47,159 nt of DNA from Candidatus Enterousia sp. (lineage in GTDB: Bacteria > Pseudomonadota > Alphaproteobacteria > Rs-D84), in assembly GCA_045601765.1 (NCBI GenBank), contig JAZSAG010000062.1, forward strand, positions 1 through 47,159, written 5' to 3'. The notes beneath the pieces are model-generated. The model worked only from the letters and a program-made list of their open reading frames with translations. It searched no databases and had not been told where the DNA came from. Below are positions 17,389 through 26,236 of the stretch, in pieces (position 1 is the stretch's first letter; the number at the start of each line of letters is the position of its first letter). Both the position numbers and the translations under genes were made by a program.

Positions 17389-18225
17389 ATGAAAAAGTTT
17401 TTCCCATTCGTGGCAATTTGTTTGATGACAACTTCTGTGATGGCGGCACCAAACCCAACGGGGCGCGGACGTGCGTCAATGGCGGGACAGATGATGGCGT
17501 CTCAGCGCGCAACAATGTCAACTAATCAGATATCGGCAATGGCTACATTGAACGGTAAGTCTACGACCGGAAATGCGTTGGCAACAACGCCACAGGTTAT
17601 GCAACCAGAAGTGCAAAAAGATATGCGCGAAAAAGAAAAAAATGCCTGTGTCGGTAATAATATTGGTATGGGAAATACTTTTGTTTGGGCATCCAGATTC
17701 AGTAATTTGAATAATTACAGTTCTATGATAGAAGATATAGAAGAACCGGCCAATAATACTTGTTTCGTAAAAGTTGGATTGAAATCTAATGATACACGCG
17801 TCAGTGTTGATGACGTCCCGGCCAAGTATTTTGAAATGGGACAGACTATTACCTGTGGGGCTTGGGCAAACGAAGAAACAATGCGCCAAAGAATCCTGGA
17901 TGCGAAAAAGGGTGCGCGAATCGGCGGTACAATTGCTGCAAGTGTTGGTGGGGCCGCATTGGGTGTCGGTGCAATGGAATTGTTCGGAAACAAGTTAATC
18001 GGCGGCAAGGTCGAAGGACAATATGATGAATCTTTGTCCGAAGAACAACTGTTGCGTTCGCAGATTGCGGTGCTGAAAAAAGATGATGCGGCCGGGTATA
18101 ACGAATTTATCAGACAATTGAAAATCGTCAAAGATGGTTGCATGGGCACGTTCAAAAATTCAACAGATACAGAAGTTGAAGCGGTGTGCAATAAATACGA
18201 ATCGCTGTTTGATTTGGCAGGCTAG
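17389..18225 (+). CDS. Secreted hypothetical protein with glycine-zipper hydrophobic segment
   Basis: Signal peptide MKKFFPF...VMA, several Cys, GGTIAASVGGAALGVGA segment; SD GAGG before ATG 17389. Confidence 0.75.
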   Translation: MKKFFPFVAICLMTTSVMAAPNPTGRGRASMAGQMMASQRATMSTNQISAMATLNGKSTTGNALATTPQVMQPEVQKDMREKEKNACVGNNIGMGNTFVWASRFSNLNNYSSMIEDIEEPANNTCFVKVGLKSNDTRVSVDDVPAKYFEMGQTITCGAWANEETMRQRILDAKKGARIGGTIAASVGGAALGVGAMELFGNKLIGGKVEGQYDESLSEEQLLRSQIAVLKKDDAAGYNEFIRQLKIVKDGCMGTFKNSTDTEVEAVCNKYESLFDLAG

Positions 18226-18232
18226 CTTTTTG

Positions 18233-18258
18233 AAAAATCCGCGGTTGCGGATTTTTTT
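18233..18258. terminator. Intrinsic terminator
   Basis: AAAAATCCGC-GGTT-GCGGATTTTTTT. Confidence 0.75.
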
Positions 18259-18294
18259 ATTGGTTTTTTATCTGAATTTTGTCATATATAAAAT

Positions 18295-19317
18295 ATGTCT
18301 GATTTATTTGAAAAATTGTTGATTCTGCGTTCGCCCAGGGTAGGGCCTGTTAAATATACAGAACTGATTAGTAAATTTGGTTCTGCTGATGAGGTGTTAA
18401 GGTATTTGAATATAACGCAAGATTTCAAAGACGCCGTGTTGCGTGAAATGGATTTGGCACGTAAATTAAATATACATTATATATCTGATGAAGATGCCAG
18501 GTACCCGCAAAATTTAAAGGGTCTGCCAAACCGGCCGCCTGTTATAACGGTGCGTGGGAATCTGGATGTTTTAAGTCGATCAATGGTTGGTATGGTGGGG
18601 ACGCGTCATGCCACGGCCGCAGGGCAGAAATTGGTCGCAGACATAGCCCAGGCATTCGCGAATCATGGGCATGTTGTTGTGTCTGGTATGGCAATTGGGA
18701 CCGATTCGGCGGCGCATCGTGGCGCATTGCGGGCCGCAGGCAATGCGCAAACAATTGCTGTGCTGGCGGGTGGGGCAGATTATATTTGGCCAATTGAAAA
18801 CGAATCGTTGTATTACCAGATTTTGGAACGTGGCGCCGTAATCAGTGAAATGCCGGTCGGGTTTGAACCCAGGGCTGCGAACTTTGTGCAGCGCAATCGT
18901 TGGATTGCGGGGTTGTCAGAAAAATTGATATTAGGCGAGGCGGATATGAAGTCTGGTTCTATGACAACAGCCCGATTCGCAATTGATTATGGACGTGATG
19001 TGTGGGCAATCCCATCGCATCCGCTGGATGCGCGGGCGCTGGGACCGAATTCTTTGATTCGGTCGGGAAATGCAAAATTGTGTATGGGGGCACAAGATTT
19101 CTTTGCCGATAGTCAAAAAGAAAAAAATAATAAAAAAATTATTGATAAAAATGATTCGGAAAACATGCTTGTGGATAATTTGGGGAATATTCCTGTTTCA
19201 GAATCTGTATTGGCAGAAATTGTCAAAAAATCGATTTCGGAAATTAAAAGCGAATTGGTTGTCCTTGAATTGCAAGGTTTGGTGCGAAAAGTTGACGGCG
19301 GATATGTAAAATCATAA
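18295..19317 (+). CDS. dprA: DNA-processing protein DprA
   Basis: VGMVGTR, VVSGMAIGTDSAAHRGAL, TIAVLAGG, NFVQRNRWIAGLS, SGSMTTA and C-terminal LELQGLV winged helix. Confidence 0.95.
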   Translation: MSDLFEKLLILRSPRVGPVKYTELISKFGSADEVLRYLNITQDFKDAVLREMDLARKLNIHYISDEDARYPQNLKGLPNRPPVITVRGNLDVLSRSMVGMVGTRHATAAGQKLVADIAQAFANHGHVVVSGMAIGTDSAAHRGALRAAGNAQTIAVLAGGADYIWPIENESLYYQILERGAVISEMPVGFEPRAANFVQRNRWIAGLSEKLILGEADMKSGSMTTARFAIDYGRDVWAIPSHPLDARALGPNSLIRSGNAKLCMGAQDFFADSQKEKNNKKIIDKNDSENMLVDNLGNIPVSESVLAEIVKKSISEIKSELVVLELQGLVRKVDGGYVKS

Positions 19318-19326
19318 ACAAAAAAA

Positions 19327-19358
19327 TGTATATACAGTGTATATACAGTGTATATACA
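19327..19358. repeat. Three palindromic TGTATATACA boxes at 11-bp period
   Basis: TGTATATACA at 19327, 19338 and 19349, separated by single G. Confidence 0.9.
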
Positions 19359-19539
19359 AACCGTGAAAAACTGCCGAAAAATCCGAATCGTTGTCAAAAA
19401 GGAAATGTTTAAAAATTGTTTAATATTTGGTTGTAAACCGAAATATATCTTATAAATTATCTGACGTATCCAAAACAGATTGAGAAACAAAAATAATCAA
19501 TCAAAACCGGGGCCGGGTTACCAAAAAAATGATAACGTT

Positions 19540-19731
19540 GGTCTGTGAAAATGGGTGCGGGCTTTTGTGGGTGACTAATTCATAAGGGTCTGTGTTCATA
19601 AAATGGGTGCGGGCTTTTGTGGGTGACTAATTCATAAAGGTCTGTGTTCATAAGATGGATGCGGGCTTTTGTGGGTGAATAATTCATAAAGGTCTGTGTT
19701 CATAAGATGGGTGCGAAAACTTTGTGGGTGG
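19540..19731. repeat. Tandem array of ~3.7 copies of a 52-bp unit upstream of dnaA
   Basis: Unit GGTCTGTGTTCATAA(A/G)ATGGGTGCGGGCTTTTGTGGGTGA(C/A)TAATTCATAAA starts at 19540 (5-bp shorter copy), 19587, 19639 and 19691. Confidence 0.92.
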
Positions 19732-19959
19732 TTCTTAGGTTTGTGTATGGGGTCGGGAAAGGCGACATCATAAAACAAAAATAAGAATTGATGTTCATAA
19801 GGGTTTCGGTCGCCGCAGAGAGGGATGAAAAAGTAGGGCAAATAAAAGGGCTGTGATTCCAAGGCAAACATGGAAAAATGGCATTTTAGGCGGGTGGCTT
19901 TTGTAACCTTTGTGCGATTGGCAGGAAACTCTTTCAAGGGAAGGAAAGGAGAAAACGAC

Positions 19960-21237
19960 ATGCAGACAGTGGCAAAAATACAGATGACCGATTTGGAAAA
20001 TATCAAGGGGGCCATTGCCGCAAAAATTGATTCTGCAAGTTTTACTTCTTGGATTGCGCCACTGAATTTCGAAATTGTTGATAATACATTGGTATTGGGT
20101 GCACAAAATCAATTCTCGGCTGATTTTATTGGCAGTGTACATGGCGGTGTTTTGGCAGAAGTGGCCGCTGGGTTTGGATTGGGGGTACGTATTGCTGTGC
20201 GTGGTGCAAATGCGCATGTGGCACAAAATATTGCAAATGATAACCAGGCACAAGTTTATGCGCCGGCCCCAGAAAAAAAGCAATCTGTCGCATTTGATTC
20301 TTTTGTTGTGACAGACGAAAATTTATTTGTGGTATCGGCATGTAAAAAAATAGCGGCGGGTTTGGTTTCTTTTTCACCGCTGTTTATTTATGGTGCGTCT
20401 GGCTGTGGCAAGACATTGTTAACAGATTGCATTGCAGGCGCGGCAGATGGCAATGTTGTAAAAATGACAGGTGCACAATTTGTTTCTGAATTTACACGCA
20501 GTTTAAAAGATCATAATATTTTCGCGTTCAAAGATTTTTGTCGTAATTGTGATACATTTATTCTGGATGATGTTCAGGCGTTGTCTGGCAAAAAGGCATC
20601 AACCGAAGAATTTATGCAACTGATTATTGATTTGCGGGTTGCGGGTAAAAATATTGTTTTAACAGCAAATGCCGCCCCAAACAATTTGACAGGTTTTGAC
20701 AGATGTGCGCAATCTTTGTTGGCGTCTGGTTTGGTCGCAGATGTTGCCGCGCCAAATATGCATGTGAAATCTGTGATGTTGGCGCGTGCCGGTGTGGCAA
20801 GTGATGTTGCATCTGTAATTGCGGGGCGTATTGCAAGCAACGGTCATTTGGTTGCAGGTGTTGCCACAAAAATTCAGGCGTACAAGGAACTGATGGGTGT
20901 GGCGGTGGATATGAATGTTGCGCAACGTTTGTTGGCAGACACATTACAGAAATCGAAAACACCGGCAACAATGGTTCGTGAAATGTGCGAAAAATTGGGT
21001 GTGTCGTATGATGCGGTATGTGGTGCGGGACGCAGTCGTTCATTGGTTTTGGCACGTCAGATTATGATGGTTGTGTTAAAAAATGCGACGGCACTGTCTT
21101 TGAATGAAATTGGTAATTATGTTGGTGGCCGTGATCATGCGACAGTGTTATATGCAATTAAACAAATTGAAAAACAGCAAGGTTCTGATTTGGTATTGTC
21201 TGCCCAGATTCAACAGTTAATAAATGAATGTAAATAA
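19960..21237 (+). CDS. dnaA: Chromosomal replication initiator DnaA (divergent AAA+ domain)
   Basis: Domain I FTSWIAPL, FDSFVV..EN, PLFIYGASGCGKT, FILDDVQ, domain IV RSRSLVLARQIMM...SLNEIGNYVGGRDHATVLYA; SD AAGGAG before ATG 19960. Confidence 0.9.
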   Translation: MQTVAKIQMTDLENIKGAIAAKIDSASFTSWIAPLNFEIVDNTLVLGAQNQFSADFIGSVHGGVLAEVAAGFGLGVRIAVRGANAHVAQNIANDNQAQVYAPAPEKKQSVAFDSFVVTDENLFVVSACKKIAAGLVSFSPLFIYGASGCGKTLLTDCIAGAADGNVVKMTGAQFVSEFTRSLKDHNIFAFKDFCRNCDTFILDDVQALSGKKASTEEFMQLIIDLRVAGKNIVLTANAAPNNLTGFDRCAQSLLASGLVADVAAPNMHVKSVMLARAGVASDVASVIAGRIASNGHLVAGVATKIQAYKELMGVAVDMNVAQRLLADTLQKSKTPATMVREMCEKLGVSYDAVCGAGRSRSLVLARQIMMVVLKNATALSLNEIGNYVGGRDHATVLYAIKQIEKQQGSDLVLSAQIQQLINECK

Positions 21238-21328
21238 AAATCGCCCGTTTGGGCTTTTTTTGTACTTGGAAGATATGTGAATTTATGATAAAATTATATC
21301 AATAAATCTAAAATATAGGATGGAGATT

Positions 21329-22876
21329 ATGAAAAAGTTTTTATTTGCATCTATTTTGTTGTCGGTGTTTTGTTGTACAAATGTTCATGCTGCGTCTACA
21401 GACGATATAATGAATGCGTGTTATGCGACCCGTAAGTGTGGTGCCAAAGGTCATATTCAGACAATGACTGTGATTCCGTTTACCGCTGGTGGTGCCGTGG
21501 CAGGTGCTGTTGGAGGAATGGGGTTAGGGACACTTGTTCCTTGGGCTGCGGGACCTGGTGTTGGTTTTGTTCTTGGTGGTGCTGCTGGTGGTTATGGTGG
21601 TTACTTGGTTGGTAATCAATTGGGTGGTTATCTGGCAAAGTCATATAATGCAAATGAATATCTTTATTTTGATGATGATACATGTTTGGAATGTGATACT
21701 TATCAAATGGGCGAACATTATGAGTGCCCAAATGGCACGATTGCTTCGAATGGTTCTTATTTTTATAGATGTCGTACAGAAACATTTGGCGATTCATGGG
21801 AAGAATATAGACCTTTGCCATGTAGAAACAGTCCAATTCAAGACACGTCGGTAAAGGGTGCAATGTATGAAATCAAAGCGACAGTAGATAAGAGAGTAAA
21901 TACCGGTGTTTATGTATATAGTGGTGATATGTGCTTGTATATCACTTGTGGTGATGGTGTGCTTGATAAAAAGACAAATAGTTGTGTACCAAAAGATAAT
22001 GGCGGTGATGATAAAAAGTCTGAATGTGCTGAGTATATATCTGATTTTAATTTGTTTCAGCAATGTTCGTTCTGTAACAGAGAAAAGGAAAGCGGTGCGT
22101 TTTGGGATTCTAAATCTAAGATTTGTCGTTGTATAGGCGAAGTAAATAAAGACAAAGAATGGAATGCGGAACAGGGCAAGTGCGTTGCAAAAGTAAATGA
22201 TAATGACCTGCAGAAATGTTTGAATTCGCGTACAACCGCCGAAGGTCGTGCATGTTGCTATCTGCCAGAAAGCGTCGCAAAGTTTGAAAATGGTAAATGT
22301 GTGTGCGCTGGGGGCAAGGCATTTAGAATAGATATGAATGGCCGTGGTATTTGTACAGGTGGAAATAATGGCGAAGGCCAAGATATTATTCCGCCAGCAA
22401 CATGTATGTCGTTGGTCGACAGTTTGATGACAAAGGTTACAACAGAATGCGCGTCTGTGTTGGCTAATGTTACTGTGTTGTCGGATATGTGTACAAATGG
22501 ACAGTTGACATGGTCGTATTGGAATCAACAAAGTCTGGACATAAATATTAAATGTGAAGATGATAAGGCCAGACGTGGTCAAGAAGAAGTCAATAAGCAA
22601 GCAAAGCAAAAACTGATTGCCGCAGGTGAAAAGTTGGATAGCATTATTGCTGGGTTTGAAAAAAGCAGATGGAAAAATGCCGAAGGTGAATTTAATACCG
22701 CACGTTTGGCATCCGATTCGATTGCCGGTGTTGTTCTGGGGACAACAGGTGGATTGGTCACCAGCAGTGTTATGAAAAAGAAACAAGTTGAACAAGGTTT
22801 TGAAGATCTGCAATGCGTCGTCGGTGGCCAGACAGTTGCCGGTTGGGGTGACGAGTTTGTGGTCGGTATCCAATAA
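21329..22876 (+). CDS. Secreted cysteine-rich protein with glycine-zipper segments
   Basis: Signal peptide; long GxxxG region (AGGAVAGAVGG...GGAAGGYGG); many Cys in short C-x-C-type repeats; second hydrophobic segment AGVVLGTTGGLV near the C-terminus. Confidence 0.75.
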   Translation: MKKFLFASILLSVFCCTNVHAASTDDIMNACYATRKCGAKGHIQTMTVIPFTAGGAVAGAVGGMGLGTLVPWAAGPGVGFVLGGAAGGYGGYLVGNQLGGYLAKSYNANEYLYFDDDTCLECDTYQMGEHYECPNGTIASNGSYFYRCRTETFGDSWEEYRPLPCRNSPIQDTSVKGAMYEIKATVDKRVNTGVYVYSGDMCLYITCGDGVLDKKTNSCVPKDNGGDDKKSECAEYISDFNLFQQCSFCNREKESGAFWDSKSKICRCIGEVNKDKEWNAEQGKCVAKVNDNDLQKCLNSRTTAEGRACCYLPESVAKFENGKCVCAGGKAFRIDMNGRGICTGGNNGEGQDIIPPATCMSLVDSLMTKVTTECASVLANVTVLSDMCTNGQLTWSYWNQQSLDINIKCEDDKARRGQEEVNKQAKQKLIAAGEKLDSIIAGFEKSRWKNAEGEFNTARLASDSIAGVVLGTTGGLVTSSVMKKKQVEQGFEDLQCVVGGQTVAGWGDEFVVGIQ

Positions 22877-22879
22877 AAG

Positions 22880-22905
22880 AATCGCCCAAATGGGCGATTT
22901 TTTTT
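22880..22905. terminator. Bidirectional terminator between convergent genes
   Basis: AATCGCCC-AAAT-GGGCGATT followed by a T-run. Confidence 0.8.
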
Positions 22906-22930
22906 AGGCGTATGTTTTTGTAACAATATT

Positions 22931-24910
22931 TTATACGAACAGGTCTTTGACGAATTGGGCATGTTCGGTTATGAATTTAAATCTAAATTCTGGTTTTTTG
23001 CCCATCAGTTCAGATACAATTGTACGCGTCTTTTCCGTGTCTTCGGCACCTTCGTCTGTGCGTGGTGGTAATTCAACACGGATTAGGCGACGGGTCTTGG
23101 GGGACATAGTTGTTTCTTTTAACTGATTCGGCATCATTTCACCCAAACCCTTGAAGCGTGAAATCTCGACTTTCTTGTTTTTGTATTTCCCGTTTTTTAA
23201 AGATTCCAGTTCTTCGTCTGTGTCAACGTAAATCGATTCGGTTCCACACGTTAATTTATACAATGGTGGACATGACAAATACAGGTGACCACCATAAATC
23301 AACTGGGGCATGTATTGATAGAAAAACGCCATCAGCAATGATGCAATATGGCTGCCGTCAACGTCGGCATCGGTCATGACAATGATTTTTTCATAACGCA
23401 ATTTATCTTCGTTCCAATCTTTGGCGGTCCCGGCGCCGATAATATCAATCAAGTCATTTAATTCTTTGTTGGCACCGAATCGTTCATCGGAATTAGATAT
23501 AACATTTAAAACCTTGCCACGCAGGGGCATAATTGCCTGGGTTGCGCGGTCACGTGCCTGTTTGGCGGTGCCGCCCGCCGATTCGCCCTCTACAATAAAT
23601 AATTCGGTTCCTGCAATGCCATGCTTGGAACAATCGGCCAATTTTGCAGGCATGCGAACGCGCTTGGTTGGGGTTTTGCGGGCAATCTCTTTGACCTGTT
23701 TGGTTTTTATACGGGCATTGGCCAGGTTTACAACAAATTCCAACAATGCGTTTGCGGTTTTCGGGTCAGATGCCAAAAACATTTCCCATGGATCACGCAG
23801 GGCGTTTTCTGTATAGCGGGCAATTTCAGGGTTAGACAGTTTTTCTTTGGTTTGACCCAAAAATTGAGGTGTTTTATAAAATACAGATACAATCGCCGCA
23901 ACAGAATCAAATACGTCTTCGCCAATAATGGTTGTGGCGGCTTTGTTGTTTACCTTTTCGCCGTATGCCTTAATCCCCTTGGTGATTGCAGATTTAAATC
24001 CTGTTTCATGGGTGCCACCGTCAATGGTTGCGATTGTATTACAATATGATGCGAAAAAGCCGTCATCAGATGCCGCACCGTTTTCATCAGTTAAAAATGT
24101 CAGTGCCCATTCAACACGGCCACTGTCATCTGGGAAATCAACAGCGCCACTGAAAATACGTGGTAAAATACGTGGTTTAGAATCGGTCTTTTCGGCCAAA
24201 AAGTCCGCAACACCATTGGGGTAAAAGAATGTCGTAGTGGCCGGGATATTCATATCTTCGGTCAATAATTCTGGGTTGCAAGACCAATCTATTTTTACAC
24301 CACGTGATAAAAATGCCTTGGCACGGGCCATGCGATATATCTTGACAGGCTTAAACGTTGCGTTTGCACCAAATATTTCATCATCAATGGTAAAGCGAAT
24401 CTTGGTTCCGTGTTTGGTTGTTGGGTCACCACGCTGCATCGAACTGGTCGGCAGACCGCGTGAAAATGTCTGGCGCCAATTATAGCCATCGCGGGAAATG
24501 TTTACAATCATTTCACTGGACAAAGCATTTACAACCGCAGAACCAACACCATGCAGACCACCACTGGTTTTATACACATTATTATTAAACTTACCACCAG
24601 AGTGCAGGGTTGTTAATATAACCTCAAGCGCGGATTTCCCAGGATATTTTGGGTGTTCATCCACAGGAATACCACGGCCGTCGTCGGTAATCTCGATAGT
24701 TTTAGAATCAATTAAATTTACAGTTATCTTTTTCGCAAAACCGGCCACAGCCTCGTCAATAGAGTTGTCCATAATTTCAACCGGTAAATGATGCCAGGCC
24801 TTTTCGTCTGTGCCACCAATGTACATCCCAGGACGCAGGCGAACGGGTTCCAAACCTTCAAGAACCTGGATGTCTGATGCGTCGTATGTTTTTATATTCT
24901 TTTCTGTCAT
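22931..24910 (-). CDS. parE: DNA topoisomerase IV subunit B
   Basis: LEGLEPVRLRPGMYIG, DNSIDEA, SGGLHGVG, VEGESAGGTAKQAR, PLRGKVLN, MTDADVDG, RFKGLGEM; 659 aa without the GyrB insertion. Confidence 0.9.
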   Translation of the reverse strand: MTEKNIKTYDASDIQVLEGLEPVRLRPGMYIGGTDEKAWHHLPVEIMDNSIDEAVAGFAKKITVNLIDSKTIEITDDGRGIPVDEHPKYPGKSALEVILTTLHSGGKFNNNVYKTSGGLHGVGSAVVNALSSEMIVNISRDGYNWRQTFSRGLPTSSMQRGDPTTKHGTKIRFTIDDEIFGANATFKPVKIYRMARAKAFLSRGVKIDWSCNPELLTEDMNIPATTTFFYPNGVADFLAEKTDSKPRILPRIFSGAVDFPDDSGRVEWALTFLTDENGAASDDGFFASYCNTIATIDGGTHETGFKSAITKGIKAYGEKVNNKAATTIIGEDVFDSVAAIVSVFYKTPQFLGQTKEKLSNPEIARYTENALRDPWEMFLASDPKTANALLEFVVNLANARIKTKQVKEIARKTPTKRVRMPAKLADCSKHGIAGTELFIVEGESAGGTAKQARDRATQAIMPLRGKVLNVISNSDERFGANKELNDLIDIIGAGTAKDWNEDKLRYEKIIVMTDADVDGSHIASLLMAFFYQYMPQLIYGGHLYLSCPPLYKLTCGTESIYVDTDEELESLKNGKYKNKKVEISRFKGLGEMMPNQLKETTMSPKTRRLIRVELPPRTDEGAEDTEKTRTIVSELMGKKPEFRFKFITEHAQFVKDLFV

Positions 24911-25046
24911 AGCATTTAATTATTAGAACATTTTTAAATTTTTCGCAAGCCCAAAGAATTTAAGCATATTTAATATTGTGGACTTGAATTTTTGATGTGA
25001 TATCTTATATATGTCATAACTGAATATAATTATATGGAAAAATAAA

Positions 25047-26180
25047 ATGAATAAAAATCCTTATGAAGTGCTGGGGGTGGCACGTGATGCCAGTGATGCC
25101 GATATTAAAAAGGCTTATCATAAACTGGTTATGAAATACCACCCAGATAGAAATCCAGATAACAAAGATGCCGAAGAAAAATTTAAGGAAGTTAATAATG
25201 CGTTCGATATCTTAAAAGATCCACAAAAACGTGCCGCATATGACAGGTTTGGTGACGCCGCATTCGCAGGCGGAAATGCATCTGGCGCAGGGTTTGGCGG
25301 CGGCAATCCATTTGGTAATGGCGCATTTCACTTTAATATGGGCGGTGGTGCAGGTATGGAGGATATCCTGCGCGAGGCTATGCGTGGGTTTGGTTTTGGT
25401 GGTGATTTTGGTGCGGGCGCGCAACGTGGCGCACCACAGCGTGGTGGACGCGACCTGTTGGACGAGGTTGTTATTGATTTAAAAGATGCTTTCTTTGGCA
25501 AAACACATACTGTTAAATTTTCCAGTAATGTAGAATGCGCAAAATGTCATGGGCATGGTACCGCAGACGGCAAACCGGCGCCCGTGTGTGACAGATGTGG
25601 GGGCAGTGGGTTTATCCAAACACGCCAGGGCTTTTTCGCAATGGAAAGCCCGTGCCCAGAATGTAACGGTTTGGGACGCAAAATCAGTAAAAAGTGCAGC
25701 GAATGTGATGGCAGTGGTGTTCAAAATAAACAACGTACATTGGAAGTAAAAATTCCGGCAGGTGTCGAAGATGGTGCCAGATTACGCCTGGCAGGTCAGG
25801 GCGAGGCCGGCATTAACGGTGCGCCGGCGGGGGATTTCTATTTAGATATTCGTGTGCGCCCAGATAAAAGATTTGAACGCAATGGCAATGATTTAATTAT
25901 GCATATGGATGTGCCGTTTACTACGTTGGCATTGGGCGGTGAAATAGAAATTGATACAATTGACGATAAAAAGTTAGCTGTCAAGGTGCCGTCTGGGACC
26001 CAGGTTGGTGAAAAGTTGCGCGTGCGTGGACATGGTATGCCGTCTTTGCGACGCAGTGGCGCGTTCGGTGATTTATATATAGATGTTGGTGTGCATATCC
26101 CAACAAAGTTATCTGACAAGCAAAAAAAGATTTTAAACGAATTTGCAAATACAAAATCTGATAAAAAAAGTTGGTTCTGA
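25047..26180 (+). CDS. dnaJ: Chaperone DnaJ
   Basis: J-domain with HPD, G/F-rich region and four CxxCxGxG motifs. Confidence 0.97.
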   Translation: MNKNPYEVLGVARDASDADIKKAYHKLVMKYHPDRNPDNKDAEEKFKEVNNAFDILKDPQKRAAYDRFGDAAFAGGNASGAGFGGGNPFGNGAFHFNMGGGAGMEDILREAMRGFGFGGDFGAGAQRGAPQRGGRDLLDEVVIDLKDAFFGKTHTVKFSSNVECAKCHGHGTADGKPAPVCDRCGGSGFIQTRQGFFAMESPCPECNGLGRKISKKCSECDGSGVQNKQRTLEVKIPAGVEDGARLRLAGQGEAGINGAPAGDFYLDIRVRPDKRFERNGNDLIMHMDVPFTTLALGGEIEIDTIDDKKLAVKVPSGTQVGEKLRVRGHGMPSLRRSGAFGDLYIDVGVHIPTKLSDKQKKILNEFANTKSDKKSWF

Positions 26181-26190
26181 TGCAAAAAAT

Positions 26191-26215
26191 AAAAAACCGC
26201 CAAATGGCGGTTTTT
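26191..26215. terminator. Bidirectional terminator dnaJ/pgsA
   Basis: AAAAAACCGCC-AAAT-GGCGGTTTTT. Confidence 0.85.
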
Positions 26216-26236
26216 ATGCGTATAGACGTTTTTTTG

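Noticed and set aside
19170-19178. Perfect DnaA box TGTGGATAA
   Set aside because: It lies within dprA coding sequence (Val-Asp-Asn), and the same 9-mer occurs in rluC and asmA coding regions; explained by codon usage.
19327-19358. LexA/SOS box
   Set aside because: Fits neither CTGT-N8-ACAG nor the alphaproteobacterial GTTC-N7-GTTC.
19540-19731. CRISPR array
   Set aside because: Units are near-identical over their whole length with no unique spacers, and there are no cas genes nearby; it is a tandem repeat.
19855-19900. c-di-GMP-I riboswitch (GGCAAAC...GAAA)
   Set aside because: The P2 pairing and the downstream GACGCAAAG/P3 elements are missing.
19318-19959. Firm call of oriC
   Set aside because: No cluster of canonical TTATCCACA boxes and no visible GC-skew reversal; alphaproteobacterial origins are often unlinked from dnaA. 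Kept only as a hypothesis.
21794-22873. 359-aa antisense ORF
   Set aside because: Entirely antisense to the 21329-22876 gene with no recognisable motifs; most likely a codon-bias shadow, like the many other overlapping ORFs in the track.
22931-24910. gyrB
   Set aside because: LEPVR and AKQAR motifs, 659-aa length and lack of the proteobacterial GyrB insertion favour ParE.
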